Shown: positions 38,811 through 49,593, counted from the first letter of the stretch. The stretch: DNA of 63,562 nucleotides from Candidatus Woesearchaeota archaeon (GCA_019322735.1 JAHWIG010000003.1:1-63562); one strand, 5' to 3'. Translations and numbers: made by a program. The notes: generated from the sequence alone by a model not told the origin.

Positions 38811-40027
38811 CGTCTTTTATCCATAAAATGATGGGAACTTCTCTTGATAACATAAAGTCTTCTCATTGTTTTTATTAATTGGGTTTTACTCTTAAAATCA
38901 TATGCTCCTTCTAAATCCTCTCCATGATAATGCCTTAATATCATATCCCCAAATAATCTGGCAGTTCTAAGTACTGTAGAATTTCTCTTAAATCTGAATG
39001 ATCTATTATCGCTGATAAATGGTCTTGTATTTGTGACAATAAATTCTTTCGCATTTAACTTTGCTAATCTATTTTGAATACTTTCATAACCTCGTCCACT
39101 CATAACTGAGTGAGTAAAATAAAAGAAGTAGTCTTTTGGATTTCCAAGCCCATGATCTCTGTGAGCATTATTCAACCAATCAACAGTTCTGATTATTGTA
39201 CCACCAGTATCAATGATATCATCTGGAAATATTATTGTCTTTCCATCAAGACTGTCAGCATTTTCTAATCTTGGATTATCAATAGTAACTTCATCTGGTT
39301 TGTTTGGCACTTTTCTTGCTTTACTGAGATAAAGCATCCCAGCATTATCCAAGTACAAGGCATCTCTTAATTTTTCTGAAAATCTTCTAGATCCTTTGTC
39401 TGGAGATACAACAACAATATTCTCTCCATTGTTCTCTATCTCAAGAGATGATTTAGTCAATAGATAATGAGCCAATAAGCTGTATGGCCATACATCAAAA
39501 AACGCCTTTCCACCACTATTTCCCATTGCTTTCTCATAATACTGCTTTATCTTCTTATTATGTGAATGCAGTGTAATAACCCCATCTACCCCAGATTTTG
39601 CAAGAAGCCCTGCATACATTTTTGCAGTGTTTCCTTCTCCAACCATCTTCTTATCTTCAGCGGGTCCCCTATCCTGCCTGGAATAACTAAGATCAGTAGC
39701 AACTAAATATACTCCCTTTGCCCCATTTTCTTTTGCTGTACCAGCAGCAAGACATATTCTCATGCCAATATCCTGCGGATTCTGAAAAGGACCCTGTGTT
39801 GAGATTATATACACAGATTTATTATTAAGGTTCATCTGACTTTTATCTTCAAATCTAAATTTTGGACTATATTCCCCTCCTGAAAATATCCTGGGATCCA
39901 TAACTGTTCCAATATCCTCATGCTGCCCAACATGCTCTGAAATCATCTGTGAGAATTCTTCATGAGTTCTTGAAATAGTTGCAACAACAATCCCCTCTAA
40001 ATCAGTTGAGTTTTCCATCCCCAACAT
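38807..40027 (-). CDS. prs: Ribose-phosphate pyrophosphokinase-like protein, atypically long
   Basis: FSGGEY, LSYSRQDR and the PRT motif IIFPDDIIDTGGTI. At 406 aa it has N- and C-terminal extensions relative to the ~300 aa expected. Confidence 0.6.
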   Translation of the reverse strand: MLGMENSTDLEGIVVATISRTHEEFSQMISEHVGQHEDIGTVMDPRIFSGGEYSPKFRFEDKSQMNLNNKSVYIISTQGPFQNPQDIGMRICLAAGTAKENGAKGVYLVATDLSYSRQDRGPAEDKKMVGEGNTAKMYAGLLAKSGVDGVITLHSHNKKIKQYYEKAMGNSGGKAFFDVWPYSLLAHYLLTKSSLEIENNGENIVVVSPDKGSRRFSEKLRDALYLDNAGMLYLSKARKVPNKPDEVTIDNPRLENADSLDGKTIIFPDDIIDTGGTIIRTVDWLNNAHRDHGLGNPKDYFFYFTHSVMSGRGYESIQNRLAKLNAKEFIVTNTRPFISDNRSFRFKRNSTVLRTARLFGDMILRHYHGEDLEGAYDFKSKTQLIKTMRRLYVIKRSSHHFMDKRR

Positions 40028-40137
40028 AACATAAACATCAATCCATTTTTATTTTTTACTGTTATTCAATAGATACAAACAGAAAGATAGATAATAGTGT
40101 AGTAAATTTTATAAACTTCTCATATCCTCCTTAAGAT

Positions 40138-41022
40138 ATGCTTGATAATGTAAGTTTTGGAAAACCAAATCACTATTTGCTTAGAAAACAAGGATTCACT
40201 CTTGTTGATATGCATTTACATTCTAATTATTCTGACGGATCTGCTAAAGTTTATTCATTAATAAAAAAAGCAAAAAAATTAGGAATAGGTTTAGCACTAA
40301 CAGACCATAATGAGGTTGCAGGAGTATTAAAAGCATGGAAGAATCTCTCTGATGTCTTAATAATACCAGGAATGGAATTTACCTGTTCAGAAGGCTTCCA
40401 TGTCCTTATTTATTTTTATAGCTTAAGAGAATTAGAAGAATTCTACATCAATCATGTAAAGAAAAATAAATCTCCACACCCTTATATGCTCACTAAATTA
40501 TCATTCAATGATCTTATTGTGTGTCTTGAAAAATATAATTATGTAATATCTGCAGCACACCCATTTTCTCCAACAAGAATGGGATTATTCACAAACATAA
40601 AAAGAGGATATATTGAAGATAATGTATTAAGAGATGTACATTCTTTTGAAGTAATAGCGGGCTCACATTCAAGAAAGATGAACTACAATACAATAAAATG
40701 GGCATGGCAGATGAATAAATCCGTTACAGGTGGCTCAGATGCCCATACATTGATAGATATTGGAAATACCGTTACATACTCATCTGGATCAAATGTTGAT
40801 TCTTTTTTAGACAATATTATCTCTAAAGATAATTTTGTCGTAGGAAGAGAACAGAAAAAACCAAATAAGATGCTGCAGTATGCAGTAACTGTCAAGAAAC
40901 ACATGAAATACTTAAGGCCCGCAATTAAATTACGCTATGATACGGCAATCAAAACTCCAATAAAACATTATGGCCCAAGAATAAAAGAGAAGATAAAGTC
41001 AAAGATTAATGGAAACCATTAG
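40138..41022 (+). CDS. PHP-domain metal-dependent phosphoesterase
   Basis: VDMHLHSNYSDGS, LTDHN and GGSDAH motifs. Confidence 0.75.
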   Translation: MLDNVSFGKPNHYLLRKQGFTLVDMHLHSNYSDGSAKVYSLIKKAKKLGIGLALTDHNEVAGVLKAWKNLSDVLIIPGMEFTCSEGFHVLIYFYSLRELEEFYINHVKKNKSPHPYMLTKLSFNDLIVCLEKYNYVISAAHPFSPTRMGLFTNIKRGYIEDNVLRDVHSFEVIAGSHSRKMNYNTIKWAWQMNKSVTGGSDAHTLIDIGNTVTYSSGSNVDSFLDNIISKDNFVVGREQKKPNKMLQYAVTVKKHMKYLRPAIKLRYDTAIKTPIKHYGPRIKEKIKSKINGNH

Positions 41023-41055
41023 TTTTTATAAGGATTATATTAACTATTCTGCTAT

Positions 41056-41129
41056 GCCCCATTAGTCTAGTCTGGATAGGACGCAAGCTTGCGGAGCTTG
41101 TAACCCGGGTTCAAATCCCGGATGGGGCG
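41056..41129 (+). tRNA. tRNA-Arg (GCG)
   Basis: Acceptor GCCCCAT/ATGGGGC, anticodon stem CAAGC/GCTTG, loop TTGCGGA, T-loop TTCAAAT. Confidence 0.85.
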
Positions 41130-41399
41130 TTACTTATTGATATAATTATCAATAAGTTCATTAATTACATAAGCTTCACCAACAATAGTTCCAGTGATTA
41201 ACCAAACAATAACCTCATCTTTAACCTTTTGATAAAGTGATTTATCTTCTTTAAGAACAACCTCTTTATTCTTCCTTTCAAACCCTTCAGCAAAATATAT
41301 ATCATATTCATATTCTTCCAATAATTCAATATTCTTGTAATTGTGATTATTAAATTCTTCTTCTTTTTTCACTAATATTTCTATCTCAGATTCTTCCAT
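41130..41399 (-). CDS. Small acidic hypothetical protein
   Basis: 89-aa ORF that abuts the tRNA 3' end. No motif. Confidence 0.4.
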   Translation of the reverse strand: MEESEIEILVKKEEEFNNHNYKNIELLEEYEYDIYFAEGFERKNKEVVLKEDKSLYQKVKDEVIVWLITGTIVGEAYVINELIDNYINK

Positions 41400-41476
41400 A
41401 GCAAAAACATAATATTTGGTTATATATTACTTTCCCTAAACGAAAGCTTTATTATCCATAAAAATTTCTCCAGAAT

Positions 41477-41719
41477 ATGGCAAAATATAAGATAGAATTT
41501 GACAGAGAGGCATGCATTGGAGCATTATCCTGCTATTCCGCAGCTCCAAAATTTTGGCCAAGATCAGATGACGGCAAGGTAGATCTTACAGGTTCAAAAT
41601 TCAACAAAGATACAAAGAAATGGGAATTGATAATAACATCAAAAGACATTGACATCAATAAAGAAGCAGAAGAATCCTGTCCTGTTTTTGTAATCAAGAT
41701 AACAAAGATTGAAGATTAG
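41477..41719 (+). CDS. Small ferredoxin-like protein (three-Cys, CxxAxxC...CP pattern)
   Basis: CIGALSC...CPVFVI, the pattern of single-cluster [3Fe-4S]/[4Fe-4S] ferredoxins. Confidence 0.55.
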   Translation: MAKYKIEFDREACIGALSCYSAAPKFWPRSDDGKVDLTGSKFNKDTKKWELIITSKDIDINKEAEESCPVFVIKITKIED

Positions 41720-42156
41720 ATTATTCCTTCTATGAATCCTTCTGTCTTGATTTCATCAATGATATGATGTTCCCTCTTACCACTTATATCATATCCATCC
41801 AATTTATCATTAAATTCTTCCAGATCTTTCATATCCTTAAAGATGCATTCAACCAAGAAATTAAACTCCCCACTTAAACGCAATAAAGAGTTAACATTCT
41901 GATTTGAAATAAGAAACTGCTTTAATTCTTCCTTTTTACCTCCACTTTTCAAAATGAAATTAACTTTTAGGTTGTATCCAATCTTTGAAAAATTAATCAA
42001 AGAAACATATCGCCTAATAACCCCTTTCTCTAACTTGCCCACATTATCAAAAACAGTACTCAATGGAATTCCGGTCTCTCGGCTTATTCTAGCCAGAGAT
42101 TTCCTGGAATCTTTTCTTAAGTGGCTTAATATAGAAAGCCCGTTATTCCTAATCAT
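41716..42156 (-). CDS. Lrp/AsnC family transcriptional regulator
   Basis: An N-terminal HTH (LARISRETGIPLSTVFDNVGKLEKGVI) and a C-terminal RAM-like domain. Confidence 0.8.
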   Translation of the reverse strand: MIRNNGLSILSHLRKDSRKSLARISRETGIPLSTVFDNVGKLEKGVIRRYVSLINFSKIGYNLKVNFILKSGGKKEELKQFLISNQNVNSLLRLSGEFNFLVECIFKDMKDLEEFNDKLDGYDISGKREHHIIDEIKTEGFIEGII

Positions 42157-42238
42157 CTTACAAAATAAGAATAAGAATAATTATTTATAAGCCTTTACAA
42201 GAAAAAACCGTAAAGATTACGAAAAAACTGAAAAAAAT

Positions 42239-42643
42239 TTACTTCAGTTTATTATCAATATCTCTTGCAATGCTTCTCAACCCATCCAAGTATCTTACAA
42301 GATCTTTCTCTATCTCATCAATCAATGGCTCTAATTTTGCTTCCCTTAATATATATTTTCTCTGCTCAACTGCAACTAAACCAGATTCAATCAGTTTATT
42401 TATGTGGTGAATCACTGTGCCCCTGCTTAATCCAGATTTAAATGCAATCTCATCACTTGAAAGTCCTTTTCCAATCTTTGAAGATTTTAATAATTCAACA
42501 AAAATCCTGAAACAGCTCCTATCCTTATCCCTTAAATTGAATAATCCCAAAGAAGCTCCAAGCCATTGAAGTTCTTCATTAATCTCATTCCTCACTGGCT
42601 TCCTTATTTTTATTATGGTTATTTTTTGATAATGATTTGTCAT
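42239..42643 (-). CDS. Winged-helix (ArsR-like) regulator divergent from grpE
   Basis: LSSDEIAFKSGLSRGTVIHHINKLIESGLV. The start lies ~25 nt from a TATA-like box, so the transcript may be leaderless. Confidence 0.6.
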   Translation of the reverse strand: MTNHYQKITIIKIRKPVRNEINEELQWLGASLGLFNLRDKDRSCFRIFVELLKSSKIGKGLSSDEIAFKSGLSRGTVIHHINKLIESGLVAVEQRKYILREAKLEPLIDEIEKDLVRYLDGLRSIARDIDNKLK

Positions 42644-42720
42644 AATCTAATATATCTTTCGATTATTTATAAAGTTTTTCGGAAAGCTTTATATATAAGT
42701 TGTTGCTTTTAAACAGTTTA

Positions 42721-42739
42721 TGTTGATTTTAAATCAACA
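42721..42739. promoter_or_regulatory. 19-bp perfect palindrome TGTTGATTT-T-AAATCAACA between the grpE TATA box and start codon
   Basis: TATA-like TTTATATATA at 42688-42697 and the grpE ATG at 42750. The palindrome covers the expected transcription start. Confidence 0.4.
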
Positions 42740-42749
42740 AAAGTAACAA

Positions 42750-43193
42750 ATGACAGCAAAAAAACCAAAAAAAGAAAACAAGATAAAAGAATTGACAGAA
42801 ACAGTTCAAAGACTTCAAGCAGATTTCGAGAATTACAAGAAGAGAACGGAGAAAGAGAAACAGGAATTTGTCAAGTACGCTTGCCAGAATATTGTCTTGG
42901 ATTTACTTCCAATATTGGACAATTTTGAGTTGGCATTACAACATACTAAAAATCAGGAAGAATTTGTAAAGGGAATCGAGCTTGTTTATGCAAATTTTAT
43001 AGATGTTTTAGAGAAAAAAGGGCTAAAACAGATAAATTCCATAAATAAAGAGTTCAACCCTGTGATGCATGAAGCATTGATGCAGGAAACATCAAAAGAA
43101 AGCCCAGGAACAATTATAGAAGAGTTCCAAAAGGGATATATGATTAATGATAAAGTTATAAGACCAACTAAAGTAAAAGTGGCAAAGAGATAA
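42750..43193 (+). CDS. grpE: Nucleotide exchange factor GrpE
   Basis: LQADFENYKKRTEKE and the C-terminal GYMINDKVIRPTKVKV. Confidence 0.9.
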   Translation: MTAKKPKKENKIKELTETVQRLQADFENYKKRTEKEKQEFVKYACQNIVLDLLPILDNFELALQHTKNQEEFVKGIELVYANFIDVLEKKGLKQINSINKEFNPVMHEALMQETSKESPGTIIEEFQKGYMINDKVIRPTKVKVAKR

Positions 43194-43197
43194 AAAA

Positions 43198-43734
43198 ATG
43201 TATTTTGATACACCATTGATTACAAAATCAACACCAGAAAAGGTCGCAATTAAATTCGGTGGAGAGTGTAAATGCGATCAATGCGCAAGACTCTGCATGT
43301 ACGGATCATGTACATTAAAGCCAGGAGAGGAGAAAAAGATTGCAAAGTTTCTCAAGATACCAGTAAAAAAGCTTGTTAAAGAGCAGCTTGAAGAAGTAGA
43401 GAGATTTAACACAAAACTCCTAAGACCAAAAATACTGAGGAAAGACGGCAAACCATATGGACCTTGCATCTTTTTTGATAAAAAGAAAGGATTGTGCAAG
43501 ATACATGAAGTTAAGCCAATACAGTGTAAGACATCAAGTGCCCATGAATATGGAGAGCAGCTTCACGCCTGGTTCATTCTGAATTATTTTGTGAACCCAG
43601 ATGATCCAGAATCAATAAGGCAATACGCTTCCTACTTAAAGACAAACAAAACAATTCCAGGCGGATCTTTGCTTGAACTGGTTCCAGATAAAATAAAATT
43701 AAGAAAAATACTTAATCATGAAATATTGAAATAA
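43198..43734 (+). CDS. YkgJ/UPF0153-like Cys-rich (CxxCxxCC-type) metal-binding protein
   Basis: CDQCARLCMYGSC and GPCIFFDKKKGLCKIHEVKPIQCK. Confidence 0.55.
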   Translation: MYFDTPLITKSTPEKVAIKFGGECKCDQCARLCMYGSCTLKPGEEKKIAKFLKIPVKKLVKEQLEEVERFNTKLLRPKILRKDGKPYGPCIFFDKKKGLCKIHEVKPIQCKTSSAHEYGEQLHAWFILNYFVNPDDPESIRQYASYLKTNKTIPGGSLLELVPDKIKLRKILNHEILK

Positions 43735-43754
43735 AATAATTGGAGGTCATAAAA

Positions 43755-45638
43755 ATGACAGATAAGAAAACAGAAAAAAAATCAAAGAAAAAAGAAAAAG
43801 TGGTTGGAAAGGCTATAGGAATTGATTTAGGTACTACATTCTCAGCAGTTTCAGTTATGGAGGCCGGGAAACCAACAATAATTCCTAATGCAGAAGGAGA
43901 TAGAACAACTCCAAGTGTAGTTCTAATAAAAGATGGTGAGAGAATTGTTGGAAAAGTAGCAAGAAATCAATCAATCCTAAACCCAGAACATACTGTTAGA
44001 AGTATAAAGAGAAAAATGGGAAGCAATGAAAATATAACTATTGAGGGAAAGGATTATTCTCCTCAAGAAGTAAGTGCAATGATATTGCAGAAGCTTAAAG
44101 CAGATGCTGAAGCATACCTTGGGAGAAAGGTTACTGATGCAGTTATTACAGTTCCAGCTTATTTTAATGATTCTCAAAGACAGGCAACTAAGGATGCAGG
44201 AAAGATTGCGGGCTTAAATGTATTAAGGATAGTCAATGAACCAACAGCAGCATCTTTGGCTTATGGAATGGACAAAGGACAAGACCATACAATACTAGTT
44301 TTTGACTTTGGTGGTGGAACATTTGATGTGTCTATCCTAGAACTAGGAGATGGCATATTTGAAGTAAAAGCAACTTCTGGAAACAATCATCTAGGTGGAG
44401 ATGATATTGACGATTTACTTGTTGATTGGATGGCAAAAGAATTCAAGAAAGAAAACAAGGTTGATCTAAGGGAAGACAAAACAGCATTACAGAGGTTAAA
44501 AGAAGCTGCAGAAAAGGCAAAAATAGAATTAAGTACGTCGCAGAAAACATCAATTAATCTGCCTTTTGTGACTGCAACAGATACTGGACCAAAACACCTC
44601 AATACAGAACTAACTAGAGCCAGATTTGAAGAGCATATCAGTGAAATTCTTGACAAACTAGAAGGTCCAACTAAGCAGGCAATGAAGGATGCAAAAGTAA
44701 CAGCTAAAGATATTGATAAAGTGCTTTTGATTGGGGGATCTACAAGAATTCCTGCAGTTCAGAAGATGGTCAAGGATATAACCGATAAAGAAGGAGACAA
44801 ATCTGTTAATCCTGATGAAGCAGTATCATTAGGGGCAGCAATCCAGGCAGGAATACTTGGTGGAGAAGTTAAGGATATATTGCTATTAGATGTAACTCCC
44901 TTAAGTCTTGGTATAGAGACTCTTGGTGGAGTTTTAACTAACTTAATTGAGCGCAATACAACCATCCCAACAAAGAAATCCAAAGTGTTTTCAACAGCTG
45001 CAGATAACCAGCCAGCAGTAACTGTCCATGTACTTCAGGGTGAAAGGCCAATGGCTGTAGATAATAAGAGCCTAGGAAGATTTGATCTTGTTGGAATCCC
45101 ACCATCACCTAGAGGAATACCTCAGATTGAGGTTACATTTGATATTGATGCAAATGGAATTGTCAATGTTGGAGCCAAGGATTTAGGAACAGGAAAACAG
45201 CAGCAGATAACAGTTACTGGGAGTTCTAATCTTTCTGAAGATGACATAAGTAAGATGCAGAAAGAAGCAGAAGAGCATGCAGATGAAGACAAGAATAAGA
45301 GAGAAGAAGTAGAGACAATCAATCAGGCAGATACTCTTGTCTATACAAGTGAGAAGATGTTCAAGGAAATGAAAGGAAAGGTTGACAAGAAAAAGCTTGA
45401 AGAAATCAATAAAGATATAGATTTATTGAAGAAATTGCTTGAGCCAGAGAAGAAAGACGTAGATAAAATAAAGAAAAAGCTTGAAGAAATCAATCAAAAG
45501 ATGCAGGTAGTATCTACAGAGATGTACCAAAAAGTAGCCCAAGAACAGGCAGCAAAGACAGCAAAAGCAGAAAAGAAGACTGAGAAGAAAGGAAAGGAAA
45601 AGGTAGTGGATGCAGAATTTAAGGAAAAGAAAAAGTAA
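43755..45638 (+). CDS. dnaK: Chaperone DnaK (Hsp70)
   Basis: [21 protein letters not shown] and [19 protein letters not shown] lies 8 nt before ATG 43755. Confidence 0.95.
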   Translation: MTDKKTEKKSKKKEKVVGKAIGIDLGTTFSAVSVMEAGKPTIIPNAEGDRTTPSVVLIKDGERIVGKVARNQSILNPEHTVRSIKRKMGSNENITIEGKDYSPQEVSAMILQKLKADAEAYLGRKVTDAVITVPAYFNDSQRQATKDAGKIAGLNVLRIVNEPTAASLAYGMDKGQDHTILVFDFGGGTFDVSILELGDGIFEVKATSGNNHLGGDDIDDLLVDWMAKEFKKENKVDLREDKTALQRLKEAAEKAKIELSTSQKTSINLPFVTATDTGPKHLNTELTRARFEEHISEILDKLEGPTKQAMKDAKVTAKDIDKVLLIGGSTRIPAVQKMVKDITDKEGDKSVNPDEAVSLGAAIQAGILGGEVKDILLLDVTPLSLGIETLGGVLTNLIERNTTIPTKKSKVFSTAADNQPAVTVHVLQGERPMAVDNKSLGRFDLVGIPPSPRGIPQIEVTFDIDANGIVNVGAKDLGTGKQQQITVTGSSNLSEDDISKMQKEAEEHADEDKNKREEVETINQADTLVYTSEKMFKEMKGKVDKKKLEEINKDIDLLKKLLEPEKKDVDKIKKKLEEINQKMQVVSTEMYQKVAQEQAAKTAKAEKKTEKKGKEKVVDAEFKEKKK

Positions 45639-46745
45639 ATGGCTAAAGACTACTATGAAACTCTTGGCGTAAGCAAAGATGCGTCAAAGGAAGAGATAAA
45701 GAAAGCCTATAAGAAGCTAGCACTAAAGTATCATCCAGACAGGGCTCCAGAAGACAAGAAGAAAGGATATGAAGAGAAATTTAAAGAGATAAATGAAGCA
45801 GCATCTGTTCTAGCAGATGCTGATAAAAGATCAGATTATGATAGCTTTGGTTCTGGAGAAGGATTTAATTCAGGATTTGGTAATGATGATTACTCTGAGG
45901 TTATGGGTGGTGGCGTTAATTTTGGAGATATTTTTGATACTTTATTTGGTGGTGGTGGTAATCATGGCAATAGGCCTAGATCTCCTCAAAATGGTGCTGA
46001 TTTAGGTTATAATTTAGAAATTGAATTAGAGGATGTTGTCCATGGTGGAAAAAAGACTATAAATATTACCAAATTAGAAGAATGCGAAAAATGTGATGGT
46101 TCTGGTGCAAAATCATCTTCTGATATAAAACAATGTGATAATTGCCAAGGAACTGGTTATCAAAGAAGGACACAAAGAACCCCTTTTGGTTTATTTAGTA
46201 CAACAACTTCTTGTGGCCATTGCAAAGGTTCTGGAGAGATAATAACTACGCATTGTTCAGAATGCCATGGTAATGGGCGGGTAGAAGTAAATAAAGAAAT
46301 AGAAATAGATATTCCAAAAGGGATCGATAATGGACTTAAATTAAGATTGACAGGGGAAGGTGATTCAGGAGATTCTGGTATTACAGGAGATTTATATGTT
46401 ACAATTCATGTAAAACCACATGACATTTTTGAAAGGCAAGGAGATAACATTTGTCTTGAAACTCCACTATCATTTTCAGAAGCAGCTCTAGGCACAGAAA
46501 TAGAAATACCTATAATAGATGGAAAAGCTTCACTTAAAGTTCCAGCAGGTACACAAACTGGTACTTTGTTCAATATGAAGGGAAAGGGAATCCCTCATCT
46601 TCAAAGTTATGGTTCTGGTTCTCAAATAGTTAAAGTTGTAGTAAAGACTCCAACAAATCTTACAAAAATACAGAAAGAACTACTGAACGAACTTTCAAAA
46701 GAAAAAGAACAAACATTATTTAAGAGAATAAGATCTGTTTTCTGA
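45639..46745 (+). CDS. dnaJ: Co-chaperone DnaJ
   Basis: J-domain HPD (KYHPDR), a Gly/Phe region and four CxxCxGxG zinc-finger repeats. Confidence 0.93.
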   Translation: MAKDYYETLGVSKDASKEEIKKAYKKLALKYHPDRAPEDKKKGYEEKFKEINEAASVLADADKRSDYDSFGSGEGFNSGFGNDDYSEVMGGGVNFGDIFDTLFGGGGNHGNRPRSPQNGADLGYNLEIELEDVVHGGKKTINITKLEECEKCDGSGAKSSSDIKQCDNCQGTGYQRRTQRTPFGLFSTTTSCGHCKGSGEIITTHCSECHGNGRVEVNKEIEIDIPKGIDNGLKLRLTGEGDSGDSGITGDLYVTIHVKPHDIFERQGDNICLETPLSFSEAALGTEIEIPIIDGKASLKVPAGTQTGTLFNMKGKGIPHLQSYGSGSQIVKVVVKTPTNLTKIQKELLNELSKEKEQTLFKRIRSVF

Positions 46746-46752
46746 AATCAAT

Positions 46753-47751
46753 ATGAGTAAACTACCTTTTGAATCAATAAAAAGAAAGATAATTGTAAAG
46801 AAAGAAGCTGAAACTAATCCTGCATATGGAACACTTCCTAAAAAAAGGTCTGTTGAAGAACTTATTCGTTCAGGGGTTCTAGTAATAGATAAACCTCAAG
46901 GTCCAACTTCTCATCAAGTTGCTGATTATGTTAAAAAAATACTAAACCTAAAAAAAGCAGGCCATTCTGGAACTCTTGATCCAAATGTTACTGGTGTTCT
47001 CCCTGTTGCTCTTGAAGATTCTACAAAAATAGTTCAAGTATTGCTTCCAGCAGGAAAAGAATACATTGCACTTGCACATTTCCATAAAGAGGTTACAGAA
47101 GATCAAATAAAGAAGTCTCTTGACAATCATATTGGGAAGATAATGCAACTCCCACCAGTAAGATCTGCAGTAAAAAGGCAGTTAAGACAGAGAAGAGTTT
47201 ATTATATTGATATTCTTGAAATAAATGGAAAGGATGTATTGTTTAGGATGGGATGCCAAGCAGGCACATATGTGAGAAAATTAATTCACGATGCAGGTAG
47301 AAAATTAGGTGGTGCACATATGGCAGAACTAAGAAGAACAAAAGCAGGACCATTTAATGAAACTGATTTGATTACATTGCAAGACCTTTCAGATGCACTT
47401 TATTATTACACAGAAGAAGGAAATGATAAATATATTCGTCATTGCATTAAACCAGTAGAATCAGCAATAGATCATTTACCAAAAATATCTGTTTTAGATA
47501 CAACTGTTGATACTTTATGTCATGGTGCAGATTTAGCAATACCAGGAATTTCATTGATTGATTCTGGAATAAATCAAGGAGATATTATTGCTATCACTTC
47601 ATTAAAGGGTGAACTTATTGCGTTAGGGAAGGCAAGATTATCTTCAGAAGAAATGACATCAAAAAATAAAGGCAGTGCTGTCAAAACATTTAGGGTGTTT
47701 ATGGAACCTGGAACATATCCAGCAATAAAGAAATCAGTCAACAGTAAATAA
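46753..47751 (+). CDS. cbf5: H/ACA RNP pseudouridine synthase Cbf5 (TruB plus PUA)
   Basis: HSGTLDPNVTGVLPVAL and a C-terminal PUA domain. Confidence 0.9.
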   Translation: MSKLPFESIKRKIIVKKEAETNPAYGTLPKKRSVEELIRSGVLVIDKPQGPTSHQVADYVKKILNLKKAGHSGTLDPNVTGVLPVALEDSTKIVQVLLPAGKEYIALAHFHKEVTEDQIKKSLDNHIGKIMQLPPVRSAVKRQLRQRRVYYIDILEINGKDVLFRMGCQAGTYVRKLIHDAGRKLGGAHMAELRRTKAGPFNETDLITLQDLSDALYYYTEEGNDKYIRHCIKPVESAIDHLPKISVLDTTVDTLCHGADLAIPGISLIDSGINQGDIIAITSLKGELIALGKARLSSEEMTSKNKGSAVKTFRVFMEPGTYPAIKKSVNSK

Positions 47752-48045
47752 TCTAGAATCATTAACATCAAAGATTTTTGCACGAGCACCAGCATCTAAC
47801 CAACCATGAGAATAATTTAAGCATGCAAATGAATTAACATAATCCTTTTTTTTATAAAAATATTCAGCATCTCGGATATATCTATCAATCATATCTAAAA
47901 AATCTTCGGCTACTTCTTTTTTAAAGTGCATTATGCCTTTCATGGTGTAATCTTTTTTCTTAATACTCTCTTTAGCTTTGAAATAAGCTTCACGTGTAAT
48001 GGAGAAATATTTCTCCAGTTTTTCTTTTGTAATCTTATTTTTCAT
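47734..48045 (-). CDS. Small helical protein, DUF357-like
   Basis: FACLNYSHGWLDAGARAKIFDV, assigned from memory of the family pattern. Confidence 0.4.
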   Translation of the reverse strand: MKNKITKEKLEKYFSITREAYFKAKESIKKKDYTMKGIMHFKKEVAEDFLDMIDRYIRDAEYFYKKKDYVNSFACLNYSHGWLDAGARAKIFDVNDSRLFTVD

Positions 48046-48128
48046 AATATTAAGAGAATTTAATCTCTTTTTAATTCTTTCTGTCCGAAACCTTTAAAAA
48101 TTATTAATATTTATTAATATAAAAAGAG

Positions 48129-49142
48129 GTGAATGAGTTGAAAATATCATTCTTTGGAATTAAAAGGGCAGAAGCCTTTGAAAAAAGGCATATCAAGAAT
48201 CGATTAAATAAACACAAGCTTTTATTCTTTAAAGAAACTATTAATGAAGAAGATATCAAGAAAGCAAAAAACTCTGATATCATCTCTGTTTTTATCAATT
48301 CAAAAGTAACTAAAGAGATATTAAAGAATTTTCCAAAACTAAGGATGATTGCAACCAGATCAACTGGTTTTGATCATATTGATCTCAAGACATGCAGAAG
48401 AAGAAAGATAGTTGTTGCAAATGTTCCATTCTATGGAGAAAACACTGTTGCAGAGCACACTTTTGGATTAATATTATCTCTTTCAAGACATATCCATAAA
48501 TCATATGTAAGGACAATGAGGGATGATTTCTCAATTGAAGGATTGACAGGATTTGATCTGAAGGGAAAAACCCTGGGGGTAATTGGGGCAGGCCATATTG
48601 GATTGCATGTGATAAAGATTGCTAAAGGATTTGGTATGAATGTATTGGCATTTGATATGCATAAGAACAAATTTGTTGCAGAAGTTCTTGGATTTGAATA
48701 TACTGATCTCGATACTTTGCTCAGTAAATCTGATATTATCACTTTACATACACCCTTGAACAAATACACCAGACACATAATCAACAAAAAGAATATTGAA
48801 AAGATCAAGAAAGGCGCAATACTGATTAACACAGCAAGAGGAGAGTTAGTAGATACAAATGCATTATATGATGCATTAATGAAGAAAAAACTTGCAGGGG
48901 CTGGTTTAGATGTTATTGAAGGGGAACAGATGGTAAAAGAAGAACATCAAAGACGCCATAAAGAAAAACACATAAAGTGGAAACAGCTGTTAAGGGATTA
49001 TGAAATATTCAAGATGGACAATGTTGTTTTTACTCCACATAATGCATTCAACAGCAGAGAAGCAATAAGAAGGATAATTGATACAACAATTGATAATATT
49101 ATTTCCTTTGCTAAAAAGAAGCCTAAGAACGTTGTTTCTTAG
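48129..49142 (+). CDS. D-isomer-specific 2-hydroxyacid dehydrogenase (lactate/glycerate/phosphoglycerate dehydrogenase-like)
   Basis: GVIGAGHIGLHV Rossmann motif and the NTARG and TPH motifs. The start is GTG 48129 or, better spaced from SD GAGGTGA, TTG 48138. Confidence 0.8.
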   Translation: MNELKISFFGIKRAEAFEKRHIKNRLNKHKLLFFKETINEEDIKKAKNSDIISVFINSKVTKEILKNFPKLRMIATRSTGFDHIDLKTCRRRKIVVANVPFYGENTVAEHTFGLILSLSRHIHKSYVRTMRDDFSIEGLTGFDLKGKTLGVIGAGHIGLHVIKIAKGFGMNVLAFDMHKNKFVAEVLGFEYTDLDTLLSKSDIITLHTPLNKYTRHIINKKNIEKIKKGAILINTARGELVDTNALYDALMKKKLAGAGLDVIEGEQMVKEEHQRRHKEKHIKWKQLLRDYEIFKMDNVVFTPHNAFNSREAIRRIIDTTIDNIISFAKKKPKNVVS

Positions 49143-49197
49143 AAAAACTTATATATATCTAATACAAAACAATATAATATACTATTCATGAGGTGAT

Positions 49198-49593
49198 ATG
49201 ATGTTTAATAAAAAAGGCGACTGGGACACACCAAAAAGTCTACCTGGCGTAATTCTCGGATTAATAATTCTAGCTATGGGAATATTCCCCTTATTAAATA
49301 AATTCGGAATTATTGGTTTTAATCTGCCATATACTCCAGCAGGAATAGTTCTAGAAATAATATTAACAATTGGCGGTATCTATCTAATAATAATGGGAAT
49401 TATGGAAGATGTAGACTTTATGAAATGGGTAAGCATAGTAGCAGGAATTATTGTAGCAGTAATTGGAATAATTCCATTATTGGCTAATTTTGGCATAAAC
49501 ATAGCAATACCATTCCTAACATTTCTATATAGCCCATACTTATACTTAATCATTGGACTATTAATGTTAATAGGTGCGTTTTTAATGCCGTAA
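49198..49593 (+). CDS. Small integral membrane protein
   Basis: Four hydrophobic helices. SD GAGGTGA lies upstream. Confidence 0.5.
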   Translation: MMFNKKGDWDTPKSLPGVILGLIILAMGIFPLLNKFGIIGFNLPYTPAGIVLEIILTIGGIYLIIMGIMEDVDFMKWVSIVAGIIVAVIGIIPLLANFGINIAIPFLTFLYSPYLYLIIGLLMLIGAFLMP

